The notes under the pieces: model-generated | What the model was told of the DNA's origin: nothing | The model's database searches: none | What the model saw: only the letters and a program-made list of their open reading frames with translations | In this document: positions 19,397 through 29,211 of the stretch, piece by piece | Position numbering within the stretch: the stretch's first letter is position 1 | Layout of the letters: every line of letters begins with the position of its first letter | DNA from: a virus | Lineage: Duplodnaviria > Heunggongvirae > Uroviricota > Caudoviricetes | DNA length: 64,000 bases | Direction: 5' to 3' (one strand) | Virus record (IMG/VR): IMGVR_UViG_2724678985_000012 | Position numbers and translations under genes: made by a program

Positions 19397-20089
19397 TCAG
19401 ACTTTAAGCTGCCCTCCCTTCACCTGCATTAGCGTCAGATTTCCGCAAAAAACCGCGCCCGTGTCTATGTAGTGCTGATTCCAGTATGCTTTTGGTCTTC
19501 GTACCGGTGTGTGCCCAAAGATAAAGCGATCTGCGCCTGTGATTTCTCCACCAATGCCATCTATCGAATCACCGACGCGACTGCGCGACCAGACAACATC
19601 AAAAAGCGACACATCCTTACCGAACTGGTACTCTCCACCTGGATAGTCGGCATGGGCTATAACGATAGTTTCATGCCCGGCGTTCAACTCAATGATATAT
19701 GGCAGACGCTTTACCAGCTCCACCAGCGCCTTGGCTAATATTTCCTGATCAGTGTCCAGCATGAAGAACCATTGTCCGCCATTCATTAGCCAGTTATTCA
19801 CGTTGCCATCAGGACTTAACGCATCAAGCATCAACCGCTCATGGTTCCCCATTACTGCCCTGAACCAGGGCATCTGCAATAGTTCCAGACATTCGACATT
19901 TTCAGTACCGCGATCGATAAGGTCGCCAACCGATATCAGTAAATCCTGCGCCGGGTCAAAATCCACACGATGGAGTTCGGACATCAGTCTGGTGTAGCAA
20001 CCATGCAGATCACCAACAACCCATATGTTTCTATAGCCAGAACCATCAATACGGCTATATAAATTCACTTCATGCAGAGCCTGGGTCAT
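19397..20089 (-). CDS. Ser/Thr protein phosphatase (lambda NinI / PrpA-like metallophosphatase)
   Basis: 230 aa; GDLHG, GDLIDRG, GNHE motifs. Confidence 0.8.
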   Translation of the reverse strand: MTQALHEVNLYSRIDGSGYRNIWVVGDLHGCYTRLMSELHRVDFDPAQDLLISVGDLIDRGTENVECLELLQMPWFRAVMGNHERLMLDALSPDGNVNNWLMNGGQWFFMLDTDQEILAKALVELVKRLPYIIELNAGHETIVIAHADYPGGEYQFGKDVSLFDVVWSRSRVGDSIDGIGGEITGADRFIFGHTPVRRPKAYWNQHYIDTGAVFCGNLTLMQVKGGQLKV

Positions 20090-20397
20090 GCGGCAACCTT
20101 CTCACGCAGCCAGATACAAACCGGACCATCTTCAGTGTCATGAATAGAGCCAACAAACCAGCCTTCACCCTCTGGTCGCTCCGGTTCCCAGGCGGCAATA
20201 TCGGGACCAGCTGCGTCCAGATCAAAATCATCTTCATCCATACTGCGAATAGTCCACTGAAGATTATTTTCCTTCATCCAGGCGTCAAATTCCTCAGTGG
20301 AAATATATTCACGACCTGCGCAAAACTTCTCATACTCCGGATGTGTCCAGCAGCCATATTCATCACGTTCTACCGGCATTTCTTTAATGATGCTCAC
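20086..20397 (-). CDS. Hypothetical protein
   Basis: 103-aa ORF coupled to neighbours. Confidence 0.4.
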   Translation of the reverse strand: MSIIKEMPVERDEYGCWTHPEYEKFCAGREYISTEEFDAWMKENNLQWTIRSMDEDDFDLDAAGPDIAAWEPERPEGEGWFVGSIHDTEDGPVCIWLREKVAA

Positions 20398-20618
20398 TCT
20401 TCATCCTCCAAGTCGGCAACGGCCTCCATCACATCAGAACCGCGAATAACCTCAAAAGCACGGCAGGCCATTTCAAACACCTGTTGTTCTTGCGGATGCG
20501 GTGACTCCCAATACTTAAAACCAGGTCGATGCTCGTAACCCATCATGGAATAAAAATCGCCAGCAAGTTCAATCGCGGCATCAACAAGTTCGCGATTTGT
20601 CATCGTCTGTTCTGTCAT
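20394..20618 (-). CDS. Hypothetical small acidic protein
   Basis: 74-aa ORF. Confidence 0.4.
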   Translation of the reverse strand: MTEQTMTNRELVDAAIELAGDFYSMMGYEHRPGFKYWESPHPQEQQVFEMACRAFEVIRGSDVMEAVADLEDEE

Positions 20619-20890
20619 TTGGTTTTCTCCTGTCTGAACATCACTATCATCAGGTCGCCTTTTGTCGCTATTCTGGCTGTTGTGCCTGGTTCAATGCGGC
20701 TAAGCTCAAATGCGTCATAGAACGCTTCTAATGCCTTCTGGCGTAGTTCCTGTTTGCGCCGTTTTTTCCACTCTTTTAGGAAAATGGAACCCAGCCATCG
20801 CCAGGTACGGGACATGATGTAAAGCCAACCGAAAAGTGCCAGACCGGTATTTAGGGCCGTATCGATTGTTATCGTGGTGTCGATATTCAC
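20615..20890 (-). CDS. Hypothetical small membrane protein
   Basis: 91 aa with one TM-like segment. Confidence 0.4.
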   Translation of the reverse strand: MNIDTTITIDTALNTGLALFGWLYIMSRTWRWLGSIFLKEWKKRRKQELRQKALEAFYDAFELSRIEPGTTARIATKGDLMIVMFRQEKTK

Positions 20891-21135
20891 TGTGGTGGCT
20901 CCTGCTTTTCTGCCTTCAATACCATGCGAGAACCATCATCCAGCTCCCAATTAATTTCACCGCCTTCAGCCATGACTAGATGCCAAACGAGTTGTGCGGC
21001 CTCGTTGGTTACATCACGACCGCGATCATTGCCGACACGACGTTTTGTTCCATCCCCTAAGTCACGCATTTTTGCCAACACGATGGTTTTTGATAGCGGT
21101 GAAAAACCAAGCTGTAGTCGTGCGGAATTACTCAC
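20887..21135 (-). CDS. Hypothetical protein
   Basis: 82-aa ORF. Confidence 0.4.
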   Translation of the reverse strand: MSNSARLQLGFSPLSKTIVLAKMRDLGDGTKRRVGNDRGRDVTNEAAQLVWHLVMAEGGEINWELDDGSRMVLKAEKQEPPQ

Positions 21136-21896
21136 TGTTTGCCTCCTTTTCCAAGCTGGGCGGCGATATCTTCGAGAACGCCATCAGAGAATGAGCGGTC
21201 AAAATCGCCTTCCGGCGCATTAGCCATAAACTCAGTAGAGGTAAGAATCATCCGGGCAATATCCGCGGCGTTCTTCGCAGTATCATCAATAAAACCAGCT
21301 TCCCAGGCAGCCAGCATTCTGTTCGCCACAAAGTAAGCGCCCTCCTTGCGTGCTTCAGTCTTCACTTCAGCCAGGAAAGCATCGGTGGCTGGTGTTTGCG
21401 GCATCCCTCCATCTGTTGCGCAGATATACGCATCAGATATTTCATCCTGCTCGCCATCAAACACGTAGCAACTCTGTGCGATGAATTTATTCAGCCCCGC
21501 ATTCTCCGCCGCCAGCGCCGCGCGATTACCCTCCAGCTCTGCAATGCGCTGTTTTGCGGTATCAAGTTCAATCGATAATTTTTCCAACTGCTCTTTATGC
21601 TTCTTGTATTCCTGATATGCGTGCCAGGACTGACCTTTGCGCACACTATCAGTAATATCAGTAATCTGTTCTGGTGTTAGCGTAGTCAGTGGCTGTGCTG
21701 GGAAAATCAGCACTTTCCCGGAATCCCAATCAAAACCAGCGTGAATTGACTGAACCTCAACTGAGGGTGTTGAACCAATGCTGCCAGGCGAATGAACAAC
21801 GATCGTTACATCCATATCGCGACGATGGCTGTGGTTGTTGGACAAAATACGATTCACCAACTCAGAAAATTTGGAGAATTTCATGCGGAGCCTCAA
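21132..21896 (-). CDS. Ead/Ea22-like protein
   Basis: 254 aa; coiled coil plus C-terminal TPATDAFLAE motif shared with ORF 22300..22788. Confidence 0.45.
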   Translation of the reverse strand: MRLRMKFSKFSELVNRILSNNHSHRRDMDVTIVVHSPGSIGSTPSVEVQSIHAGFDWDSGKVLIFPAQPLTTLTPEQITDITDSVRKGQSWHAYQEYKKHKEQLEKLSIELDTAKQRIAELEGNRAALAAENAGLNKFIAQSCYVFDGEQDEISDAYICATDGGMPQTPATDAFLAEVKTEARKEGAYFVANRMLAAWEAGFIDDTAKNAADIARMILTSTEFMANAPEGDFDRSFSDGVLEDIAAQLGKGGKQ

Positions 21897-22336
21897 TATG
21901 CAAAATAGACCGTTGCCACGCCGTTATAGTGATCAAACGATACGGCGTTTACTTCATAGCTGGCAGGGAGCTTCGAGCCGAGAACATATCCGGGCCACGT
22001 TTTCCATGGAATTTCTCTACTCTCACTATCCCCATATACCGTACATCCAAGTGAACCTACAGCCTCGTCAGAACGTTTGCCGCATGTTATGAAACCTATA
22101 TTTTTCTTGCCGGTCTTAATGGCGATTGGGTGAACACTGGCTGATGCATTGGCAGCACGCTGTGACTGTTGGTTTGCGATATTCGCAGAGTTCGCAGCAG
22201 CTACAGCAGCCGTGGTCGCGGCGGTAGATGCCACAATAACTGCTGAAGCCTGCGCCTGTTGGGTAATGGTCAGCAATGCCGCCACAAAAATCATCCTCTT
22301 CACTTGCCAGCTCCTTTGCGAATCTGTTCCGCCCAT
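21893..22336 (-). CDS. Secreted protein (signal peptide)
   Basis: 147 aa; MIFVAALLTITQQAQASA signal-like segment. Confidence 0.4.
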   Translation of the reverse strand: MGGTDSQRSWQVKRMIFVAALLTITQQAQASAVIVASTAATTAAVAAANSANIANQQSQRAANASASVHPIAIKTGKKNIGFITCGKRSDEAVGSLGCTVYGDSESREIPWKTWPGYVLGSKLPASYEVNAVSFDHYNGVATVYFAY

Positions 22337-22788
22337 TCTTCAAGGGATTTCTCCGCATATTCACCAGACAGGCCATCAATCGGATGCGCTTCATTAGCCA
22401 ACTCTTCTTTCGCTGACAAAATCATGCGTGTAACGTCGAAAACTTCACGCAAAGACTTATTGATAAATCCGTGATTGAACGCAGCAGCAAGACGGCTTGC
22501 GGTATAGTTAATCCCCTCGTTGCGAGCCGCCGCACGAATTTCAGCCAGAAAAGCATCGGTGGCTGGAGTTTCGCTGTGGTGCAGGGCATCGTTGATAATC
22601 ATTGCAGCAACTCCGGCCTGCCCTGCATCCGTGACCGACACATGCTCAAGAGTTACAGCCATTGCATGTTTCAGCCCAGCATTCTCCGCCGCTAGCGCAG
22701 CACACGCTTTCTCAAGTCGGGAAATTTCCGTTACATACTCAGCGTTACGCTCTGCCAGTTGTGCGGGCGTTAAACCTTCAGACTTCAT
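22300..22788 (-). CDS. Ead/Ea22-like protein (paralog)
   Basis: 162 aa; shares coiled coil and TPATDAFLAE C-terminal block with 21132..21896. Confidence 0.45.
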   Translation of the reverse strand: MKSEGLTPAQLAERNAEYVTEISRLEKACAALAAENAGLKHAMAVTLEHVSVTDAGQAGVAAMIINDALHHSETPATDAFLAEIRAAARNEGINYTASRLAAAFNHGFINKSLREVFDVTRMILSAKEELANEAHPIDGLSGEYAEKSLEEWAEQIRKGAGK

Positions 22789-23095
22789 ACACTCTCCTTT
22801 CGAAATAAACGTACTGATTAATCATGCCCAGGGGCATTTCGAGTTTTTCCGCGATCTCACGGCGGGGAACACCACACTGATGAAGCTGCCGTGCCAGTTC
22901 TATATCGCTCTGCCGGTATTTGGCTGACGGATGAAAGTCTCCTTTCAGAATCATGCTGATCCCCAACTCCCGCGCTTTAGTCCTGACGGCATCACCGGTA
23001 CGACCGATCAGCTTCCCAATACTCTCGACCGTCATAGTTCCGGCGCACTGGCGGAGTATCATGATTTCTGCCCTTCCCCATCCCCGCCAGCTCAC
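22778..23095 (-). CDS. Putative small HTH DNA-binding protein
   Basis: 105 aa with HTH-like segments. Confidence 0.4.
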   Translation of the reverse strand: MSWRGWGRAEIMILRQCAGTMTVESIGKLIGRTGDAVRTKARELGISMILKGDFHPSAKYRQSDIELARQLHQCGVPRREIAEKLEMPLGMINQYVYFERRVYEV

Positions 23096-23730
23096 GCAGA
23101 ACTCCTTCTAACCAAAAGAACGCCATCTTCAGAAACAACGTTGCAGGACTTCAGGTAATTCATTGCCTCTTTCGGTAATGGATTCTTTGGATCGGCGTTT
23201 GCCAGGGATTTCGATAACCTCATGATAAATTTGATCATTACCTTCTGGCGGAGCTTGTGCTCATGAGATAAAGAAAGGTAATAGGAAATGGTATGGGCTA
23301 AACGCTCACGAAGCTGTTCTGTGCCGTGATATACAGCAGCGATATCACGCAGTGCATTGACCAGTTCCCGGTAAATATGTGGAGCAACCTGGCATTCAAT
23401 GTTGGTTGGTGACTCATAAATTACAGTCAGCCCCAGCTTTTCAGCCAGCGCGTGCTCTGCACGAGCACCAACCGATTCTTCCCATCGATTGAGCAAATAG
23501 ATCGCATCAGCAGAACGCACCATTGCCAGGCAAATATCCATGTATTCACTCTGGCAAAGGCCACCAGGTAACACCGCTGGATTCAGAACGATATGCCCTT
23601 CAGCCATCAGCTCGATCGCTTTCGCATTAAACGCCGCACGGTTGTAATCTGGATAACCAGTCATCGGCCCCGCGATGTAAATTTTCAAAACACGTTTCAC
23701 CATCAAAATTTCCCCAAAATCGTGACGCAA
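23092..23730 (-). CDS. DUF4406-like (nucleoside deoxyribosyltransferase-fold) protein
   Basis: 212 aa; N-terminal KIYIAGPMTG...NPAV pattern. Confidence 0.45.
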   Translation of the reverse strand: MRHDFGEILMVKRVLKIYIAGPMTGYPDYNRAAFNAKAIELMAEGHIVLNPAVLPGGLCQSEYMDICLAMVRSADAIYLLNRWEESVGARAEHALAEKLGLTVIYESPTNIECQVAPHIYRELVNALRDIAAVYHGTEQLRERLAHTISYYLSLSHEHKLRQKVMIKFIMRLSKSLANADPKNPLPKEAMNYLKSCNVVSEDGVLLVRRSSA

Positions 23731-23975
23731 AACATAAGCACTGCGAAAAGCTCAATACCAAGTTCAAGTAGCGCCAACGCCCCGAAAAACAACACATAGA
23801 ACAGGCCAATCTCATTCACAGATGGCTGGTGGATCGCACTTAAAGCTATAAGCATCATGTCCTCCAAACAGTTATCAGGAATGATATTAATGTTTTGTAT
23901 TAGAAAATCAATTTTGAATATCTAACCATTTTGATCAATCATAGAAAAATCGCTGAAAAGTAAGAGGCTGCCATC

Positions 23976-24554
23976 ATGCAGAAACAGAGCTATTGGGAGA
24001 AACAGAGACAAAAAGCCATGCAAAAATTGGCTGACCCGGCCTGGCGAGAGGAACAAAGGGCAAAGCGCCTTCAACAAGCTCAACGCCAGCAGCAGCGAGC
24101 GAGAGAAAAAGCCGCATCGCCTGAATATCGGCAAAAAAAAATTGAAAAAGCAAAGCAATATGACCAGCGGAGAAAAGAGAAAGCTGTATCCGCTCCGTCC
24201 AAAAAAACACGCACGTCACGCGGCCTGAAGGGCAGATCACTCACAGCCGATGAACGCCGGATACAGACCGCTATCGGTACTCTCCCCTGCATTGCCTGCC
24301 ATATTCACGGGAAACATAGCCCAGTGGTATCCCTGCACCATATCTTCGGGAGAACGGCAGAGAACGCACATAAATATGTCCTCCCTTTGTGTAAATGGCA
24401 CCACCAGTACGCAGCGCCAGCCGAGGTCCGAGAACAATATCCCTGGCTGGTCCCTGTTCATGCTGATGGAAAAATAGGCGGAAAAGCAGATTTCATACGG
24501 CACAATGCCGATGAAATGGCGTTGTATCAGATGGCGATTGAATTGATAAATTAG
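23976..24554 (+). CDS. ref: Ref recombination enhancement function, HNH endonuclease
   Basis: 192 aa; C-terminal GLKGR..ERRI...LPCIAC..HG...VSLHH..GRTA....LPLC.WHHQ.AAPAEVRE.YPWLVPVHADG matches P1 Ref. Confidence 0.85.
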   Translation: MQKQSYWEKQRQKAMQKLADPAWREEQRAKRLQQAQRQQQRAREKAASPEYRQKKIEKAKQYDQRRKEKAVSAPSKKTRTSRGLKGRSLTADERRIQTAIGTLPCIACHIHGKHSPVVSLHHIFGRTAENAHKYVLPLCKWHHQYAAPAEVREQYPWLVPVHADGKIGGKADFIRHNADEMALYQMAIELIN

Positions 24555-24565
24555 TTTTCTAACAT
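24551..24565 (+). promoter_or_regulatory. C1-type operator-like site
   Basis: TTAGTTTTCTAACAT exact; degenerate copy upstream of ref at 23896-23911. Confidence 0.5.
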
Positions 24566-24885
24566 TTTAAGTTGAATTGTGAATTTCCCCGATGTACATT
24601 CACTACCGATTGGTACACCGGTCAACTTTTTGAGACAAACTGTTTAGTTTTTCGTATTATTGCCGCCGCCATACCTATGGCGGTGCAATATAGGTGGCTG
24701 AAAAGCCCCCGTTGACTCACGGTGTTCCAGCCTTTATTGCGCCGCCACCAGACCGTGGAACAGTCGATGGCGGCTCCGAAAGCAAGGAGTCACTACACTA
24801 TGAACAACTACAGTCTTTTCCCATCACTCGTCGTCCACCACTCACGCGATAATCTGCATTCTTTACTCGCGCCGGGGGTGTCAAA

Positions 24886-25053
24886 ATGACTGTTCGCTAC
24901 CTCAACTTTCAAATCAAGAACATTACTGGCGGTTGCTATGACTGGTTTGTCACTCTCGGAAAAGAAGTGATTACTGGTAAACTGGATGAAGTGAAAGCTA
25001 AAGCAATGGCCTACGCCTGCAAGCAAACCAGGAAGAAATCCGCCAAAGCATAA
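24886..25053 (+). CDS. Small ORF (55 aa) in immI-like leader
   Basis: Hand-translated MTVRYLNFQIKNITGGCYDWFVTLGKEVITGKLDEVKAKAMAYACKQTRKKSAKA; followed by hairpins and a strong terminator. Confidence 0.25.
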   Translation: MTVRYLNFQIKNITGGCYDWFVTLGKEVITGKLDEVKAKAMAYACKQTRKKSAKA

Positions 25054-25156
25054 AATACTGACTGTTGCGCCCTGGCATTATCGTGGGGTATATTTCTACG
25101 GCACCTTAGAAAAACGGGTGCCGGGATTGGAACCCCGGATAATGTCAAAGGCGACA

Positions 25157-25180
25157 CAGACGCCGAAAGCGTCTTTTTTT
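25157..25180 (+). terminator. Rho-independent terminator
   Basis: GACGC-cgaaa-GCGTC followed by T7 run. Confidence 0.75.
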
Positions 25181-25365
25181 GTGTCACGCCATCGCACAGC
25201 CATACGTAGCGTTTAGCTCAGAGATCAATGGTAGTGCTGGCTGGGCTGCCGAAAGGCAGGCCGGTTCCCTTTGACGCCGGTAGTTCCAACCCAGTCAGTG
25301 CTACCGCCATTGAGATTGGAACCTCACGCGGTAGCTCCTTAACTTAGTCAAAGGAGGCTGCCAAT

Positions 25366-25581
25366 ATGGCTACTATCCCTACCCCAACTCATTCTGAATT
25401 TATCTGGCGTTTCTATTCCTGCCAAAAACACCTGTATATCTGCGTCATGGCTGCTACCGAAGCAGAGGCGCGCTCATACCTTCCCGAAGAACCCTGCATT
25501 TTTGCTGCTCGCTTCACTCTTGATGCGATGGAGATCCTCAATTACTGGAATCTGCCGATGAACTGCGTGGAGGTGCACTGA
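25366..25581 (+). CDS. Icd-like (host cell division inhibitor) small protein
   Basis: 71 aa starting MATIPTPTHSEF with EAEAR...FAARF pattern recalled for Icd-like proteins; AGGAGG RBS. Confidence 0.5.
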   Translation: MATIPTPTHSEFIWRFYSCQKHLYICVMAATEAEARSYLPEEPCIFAARFTLDAMEILNYWNLPMNCVEVH

Positions 25582-26522
25582 TGAATCTGTCCATCTCTCA
25601 AAAAGCGACAATGACCAGTATTGAGATCGCGGAACTGGTGGGAAGTCGTCACTCTGATGTTAAACGCAGCATCGAAAGACTTGTTGCTAAAGGAGTTATC
25701 CAACATACGCCATTGGCTACAGTTGAGAATAATCAATCACTTAGCCCTAATAAATACACAAAAGCCTATTTCTTCGAAGGCGAACAAGGCAAGCGCGATA
25801 GTATTGTCGTCGTCGCGCAGCTCTCTCCCGAATTCACCGCCCGGCTGGTGGACCGCTGGCGCGAATTGGAGAATGCCCGGGTACAGTTAAAATCAAAAGC
25901 CGAAATTCTGGCTGAAATGGCGCAAATGCATCTTGAACATGAACGCCGGATCAACGCCGTAAATGCCCAGGTAGCCGAGGTATCGGCACAAGTGTCCAGG
26001 GTCGCTGAAACCGTTGAGCAAATCAAGAAAGGCAATATGCCGGAAGGCTACATTGGCTACCGCCAGCTGGCGGCAAAATGCGGCCTGACCGAAGCCAAAT
26101 GTCGCAACCTGGTCAACGCTTACCGGATTCCCACCGATACGCATGAGTTTTTAACTCCCGATGGTTTGCTTGCGCGACGCTCCATTGTGGCCCTGGCCCC
26201 CTTCCGGAAAGCCTTTAAGCAGGTGATGTCGGAGGCAGAACCACGCAATAAACGCTGGTATCATCCAAAGATGGGGATGTTTCAGGCAATCAACCATCCT
26301 GTGCCTGAAAGCCCAAAGGATAATCTGTCACTACATACCGCCAGAGAGAAGATCAGGACTGGATACGCAACAGTGTGTCGTCGTTCTTCCTGGCCTGAAG
26401 GTATATGGGTGTGGCCCGAAGGTGGATCACGAAAGCACTGGCGCACTATCCGGGATGGGAAAATCCATGCTATTGATTTAGCTCCAGAGGATGTTGTTGC
26501 TACGGACTGGATTGTTAGTTAA
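25581..26522 (+). CDS. Rha-family phage regulatory protein (possible antirepressor)
   Basis: 313 aa; N-terminal MTSIEIAELVGSRHSDVKRSIERL typical of Rha domain; coupled to icd-like ORF. Confidence 0.6.
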   Translation: MNLSISQKATMTSIEIAELVGSRHSDVKRSIERLVAKGVIQHTPLATVENNQSLSPNKYTKAYFFEGEQGKRDSIVVVAQLSPEFTARLVDRWRELENARVQLKSKAEILAEMAQMHLEHERRINAVNAQVAEVSAQVSRVAETVEQIKKGNMPEGYIGYRQLAAKCGLTEAKCRNLVNAYRIPTDTHEFLTPDGLLARRSIVALAPFRKAFKQVMSEAEPRNKRWYHPKMGMFQAINHPVPESPKDNLSLHTAREKIRTGYATVCRRSSWPEGIWVWPEGGSRKHWRTIRDGKIHAIDLAPEDVVATDWIVS

Positions 26523-26649
26523 TAGCTTTTGCCCCGGTCAGGCCGGGGCATGATACCAATAAATTGCATAACATAGTGTAGATTAGTAAAATAGCATACT
26601 CACACAGCTTTATAATTATTTGTTTTTTTACGTTAAAGGATGAATAACT

Positions 26650-27000
26650 TTGGCTACTAAAATTAACTTAGAAAATCCTCGGACAGGCGAGTCCATCTCA
26701 GGCTTTTATGGATTCTCCTGGACTACGTTCTTTTTTGGTGCCTTCCCGGCTTTGTTCAGGAAAGACTTTATAACTTTCATCGGGGTGTTCGTTGTGATGC
26801 TAATCCTGGCATTCCTCACTGCAGGAATTGGTCCTTGGGTAGCTTCACTTGTCTGGGCATTTATATACAATAAATATTTCACCGTAAATAAGATAAAACA
26901 AGGATTTGTATTTGCTGGCTCTCACACAGAAAATGAGTTAGCCGCCAGCAAACTTGGATTGGTCTTAAACCAAAACAACTGCAAAACTATTACCGAGTAA
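26650..27000 (+). CDS. Small inner-membrane protein (two TM segments)
   Basis: 116 aa, TTG start with AGGA RBS. Confidence 0.35.
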   Translation: MATKINLENPRTGESISGFYGFSWTTFFFGAFPALFRKDFITFIGVFVVMLILAFLTAGIGPWVASLVWAFIYNKYFTVNKIKQGFVFAGSHTENELAASKLGLVLNQNNCKTITE

Positions 27001-27002
27001 AA

Positions 27003-27037
27003 TTCAAAAAGCAGGCTTAGTCGTTAAGCCTGCTTTA
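27003..27037 (-). terminator. Rho-independent terminator for the minus-strand secreted-protein gene
   Basis: AAAGCAGGCTTAG-tcgt-TAAGCCTGCTTT; T-run on minus strand. Confidence 0.6.
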
Positions 27038-27041
27038 TCAA

Positions 27042-27962
27042 TTACGAATCTTGCTGGCAATTCAGAAACATAAATGCCCGCTTGTCCGTCAAATCAGTGA
27101 CATAATATTCTCTCGTTCCTGTAGGTTTTATTCTACGGGCATATACAAACTTATGTACCGGTTGTTTATCTCCATAACTCACTTCTGTCCTAAACTCATC
27201 AACCACGCTACCATCTTTTTCAGTTTCCTTTCTCACTAGCTGATTTTCTAATACAGGCTTTGATTCGTCCATGCCACTAAAAGCATCCTGACCTGTGCTG
27301 TTGCCTCGGTTTCCGCGTGGTAAATCCCATGAAAAATAAGTGCCATAGTCAGTAATCACACGATCCCATGTTCCGGAATCCCCCATATAGTTAGAACGCT
27401 CCCCCTTGTAAGTTACAGCCACCTTACAGGCATACGTTTCACCATTATTTTTTTTATCATGTCCAGCCATGCTCGCTGTAGTTGCAGGAGTTGCAGGGGA
27501 ATTATGAATAGATGCGCTTACATCATCTTGCGTTAATTCCTCAACTGGAGCAAATTCATATATGGGTGTGCCGAGGCTATTTAAATATAACTTATATCTA
27601 ACCCTAAGCGCACTTCCATCAGAGAATTCATACGTTCCCAGACATTGGAGCTTATTTTTTTCTCTTATCTCATTGATCTGATTATAAGCATCAATTACAG
27701 AGATTGCTTCCTGATCGTCCTTCAGCAGTTCATTATAATCATCGATTAACATCTGTCTGGTTTTAGGGGCATTGCAGTCAATTTTGCTAAAATCATAAGC
27801 AAAGGCAAATGTGGGAACAGAGAGAGCAACAACAGTAGCAAGTATTGTTGAGGAACTTCTTTTTCCATTTTTTATAAAAAACATTTCATTAACTCCATAC
27901 TTTACCATCTTAGCCGCGAGCGCGGTCCCTAAAACCCTTAACTTCACTGCACAGACCTTCAT
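27042..27962 (-). CDS. Secreted protein of unknown function
   Basis: 306-aa ORF; probable start at 27884 (MFFIKNGKRSS...) giving a signal peptide; AT-rich. Confidence 0.45.
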   Translation of the reverse strand: MKVCAVKLRVLGTALAAKMVKYGVNEMFFIKNGKRSSSTILATVVALSVPTFAFAYDFSKIDCNAPKTRQMLIDDYNELLKDDQEAISVIDAYNQINEIREKNKLQCLGTYEFSDGSALRVRYKLYLNSLGTPIYEFAPVEELTQDDVSASIHNSPATPATTASMAGHDKKNNGETYACKVAVTYKGERSNYMGDSGTWDRVITDYGTYFSWDLPRGNRGNSTGQDAFSGMDESKPVLENQLVRKETEKDGSVVDEFRTEVSYGDKQPVHKFVYARRIKPTGTREYYVTDLTDKRAFMFLNCQQDS

Positions 27963-28175
27963 GCAATCAAAATGACTTTTATGTTATAAAAATAATCAGC
28001 CAAATCAACATGATTTAGGCCAAATTTCGGTCAAAAAATAAAATCCACAAAAAGTGGTTGACACTATTTTGGAAATCACAAACTGCACATAATCCATCGC
28101 GCTAACGGCTCCCGTTGAAGGTTCTTTTGACGATTAACTTTCAGCCGAAGCGCGGTAGGGAGTCATAACGCCAAA

Positions 28176-28202
28176 GCAGGCCGCCATGTGCGGCCTTTTT
28201 TT
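28176..28202 (+). terminator. Leader hairpin-terminator upstream of gene 28230
   Basis: AGGCCGC-catgt-GCGGCCT followed by T7; no plus-strand gene immediately upstream. Confidence 0.5.
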
Positions 28203-28229
28203 GTATCCGTCATCCGTGGAGGAAGGACA

Positions 28230-28883
28230 ATGGAAAAGATCGCAATATTCAGCCTGACCACCAGCAAGCCTCAAATGCTCACTGCAATACTGAAAGACGG
28301 TGCTCTCATTATTAACGAAGTAAAACCCCTTCCTGCGTCAGCATTGGAGCAAAAGCAAAAAATTCCTCCAGCTATAGCAGCCCTGCGGAAAAGCAAATTT
28401 AAGGTTCTAGTAGACGAAATTACGCCAACGATCTCCGCTGGCACCGGAGCAAGCCAGGTGACTCTCAAGACCCGTCATGCCGATGGTAGAGCAGCAATCA
28501 TCGTTGGGATGGAAAGATACAGAGAGTTAAAACTCCAGAAACTATTATCCCTGCCGCAAAATAACAAAGGTGCTTTCGAAATCCCCGACTCTATCGTTGA
28601 TACCGAATACAACGGTAACGGAGAAGAAGTCTACAGGGTGAACTGGCAGGATATCAGGCCGGAGCATATTCTGATGATCCTGTGTTGCTACGCGACCGTA
28701 TACCACAACGTTGCCAGTGCGGATTACGTAGAGCAGATGACCGGTACAGTCGAGAAAGAGCAAAAAACAGGCATACTCGCTTCGTTCCTTTCCATTATTG
28801 GGCATGAAAAAGTTAAAGCAGGCACCTCCCAGCCAAAGTCACTGGCTGGGAAAGAAGTTGATGAAGATACCGTGATACTTTGA
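28230..28883 (+). CDS. Hypothetical protein
   Basis: 218 aa from MEKIAIF with GGAGGAAGG RBS (ORF track starts at 28188). Confidence 0.45.
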   Translation: MEKIAIFSLTTSKPQMLTAILKDGALIINEVKPLPASALEQKQKIPPAIAALRKSKFKVLVDEITPTISAGTGASQVTLKTRHADGRAAIIVGMERYRELKLQKLLSLPQNNKGAFEIPDSIVDTEYNGNGEEVYRVNWQDIRPEHILMILCCYATVYHNVASADYVEQMTGTVEKEQKTGILASFLSIIGHEKVKAGTSQPKSLAGKEVDEDTVIL

Positions 28884-29018
28884 TCACATTAGTAGCTTTG
28901 TTAACTCCCTCAATACCAGGTAGAAGAGTAACAAAAATATTGACGCCAGTATTTGAGTGGACAATGAAGCGTTCATAAACAGATCAATTAGCATTAATAA
29001 TTCGAAGATAACATCCAT
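28884..29018 (-). CDS. Small hydrophobic peptide (44 aa), membrane toxin/holin-like candidate
   Basis: Hand-translated MDVIFELLMLIDLFMNASLSTQILASIFLLLFYLVLRELTKLLM; GGAG RBS 9 nt upstream; below ORF-track cutoff. Confidence 0.3.
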   Translation of the reverse strand: MDVIFELLMLIDLFMNASLSTQILASIFLLLFYLVLRELTKLLM

Positions 29019-29211
29019 GTCATTCACTCCGCTTAATTTTTAATCTAATGCCAGCAAATGAAGCTGGCCCCCGCATAAAGATTAATGAAAGTCACTTGTC
29101 ACCAGTGAGGGGATTTATGAACCACATCCCCCTGAACTGGTGGCCTGTCTGTTTCTCGCATTTCACACCCTGCATACAGTTTCCACCAGGTTATGACTGA
29201 GAGGCTTTGTT

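Noticed and set aside
26520-26560. Terminator after the Rha-family gene
   Set aside because: GCCCCGG-tcag-GCCGGGGC stem-loop is present but lacks a following T-run on either strand; may be a structural element but not called a terminator.
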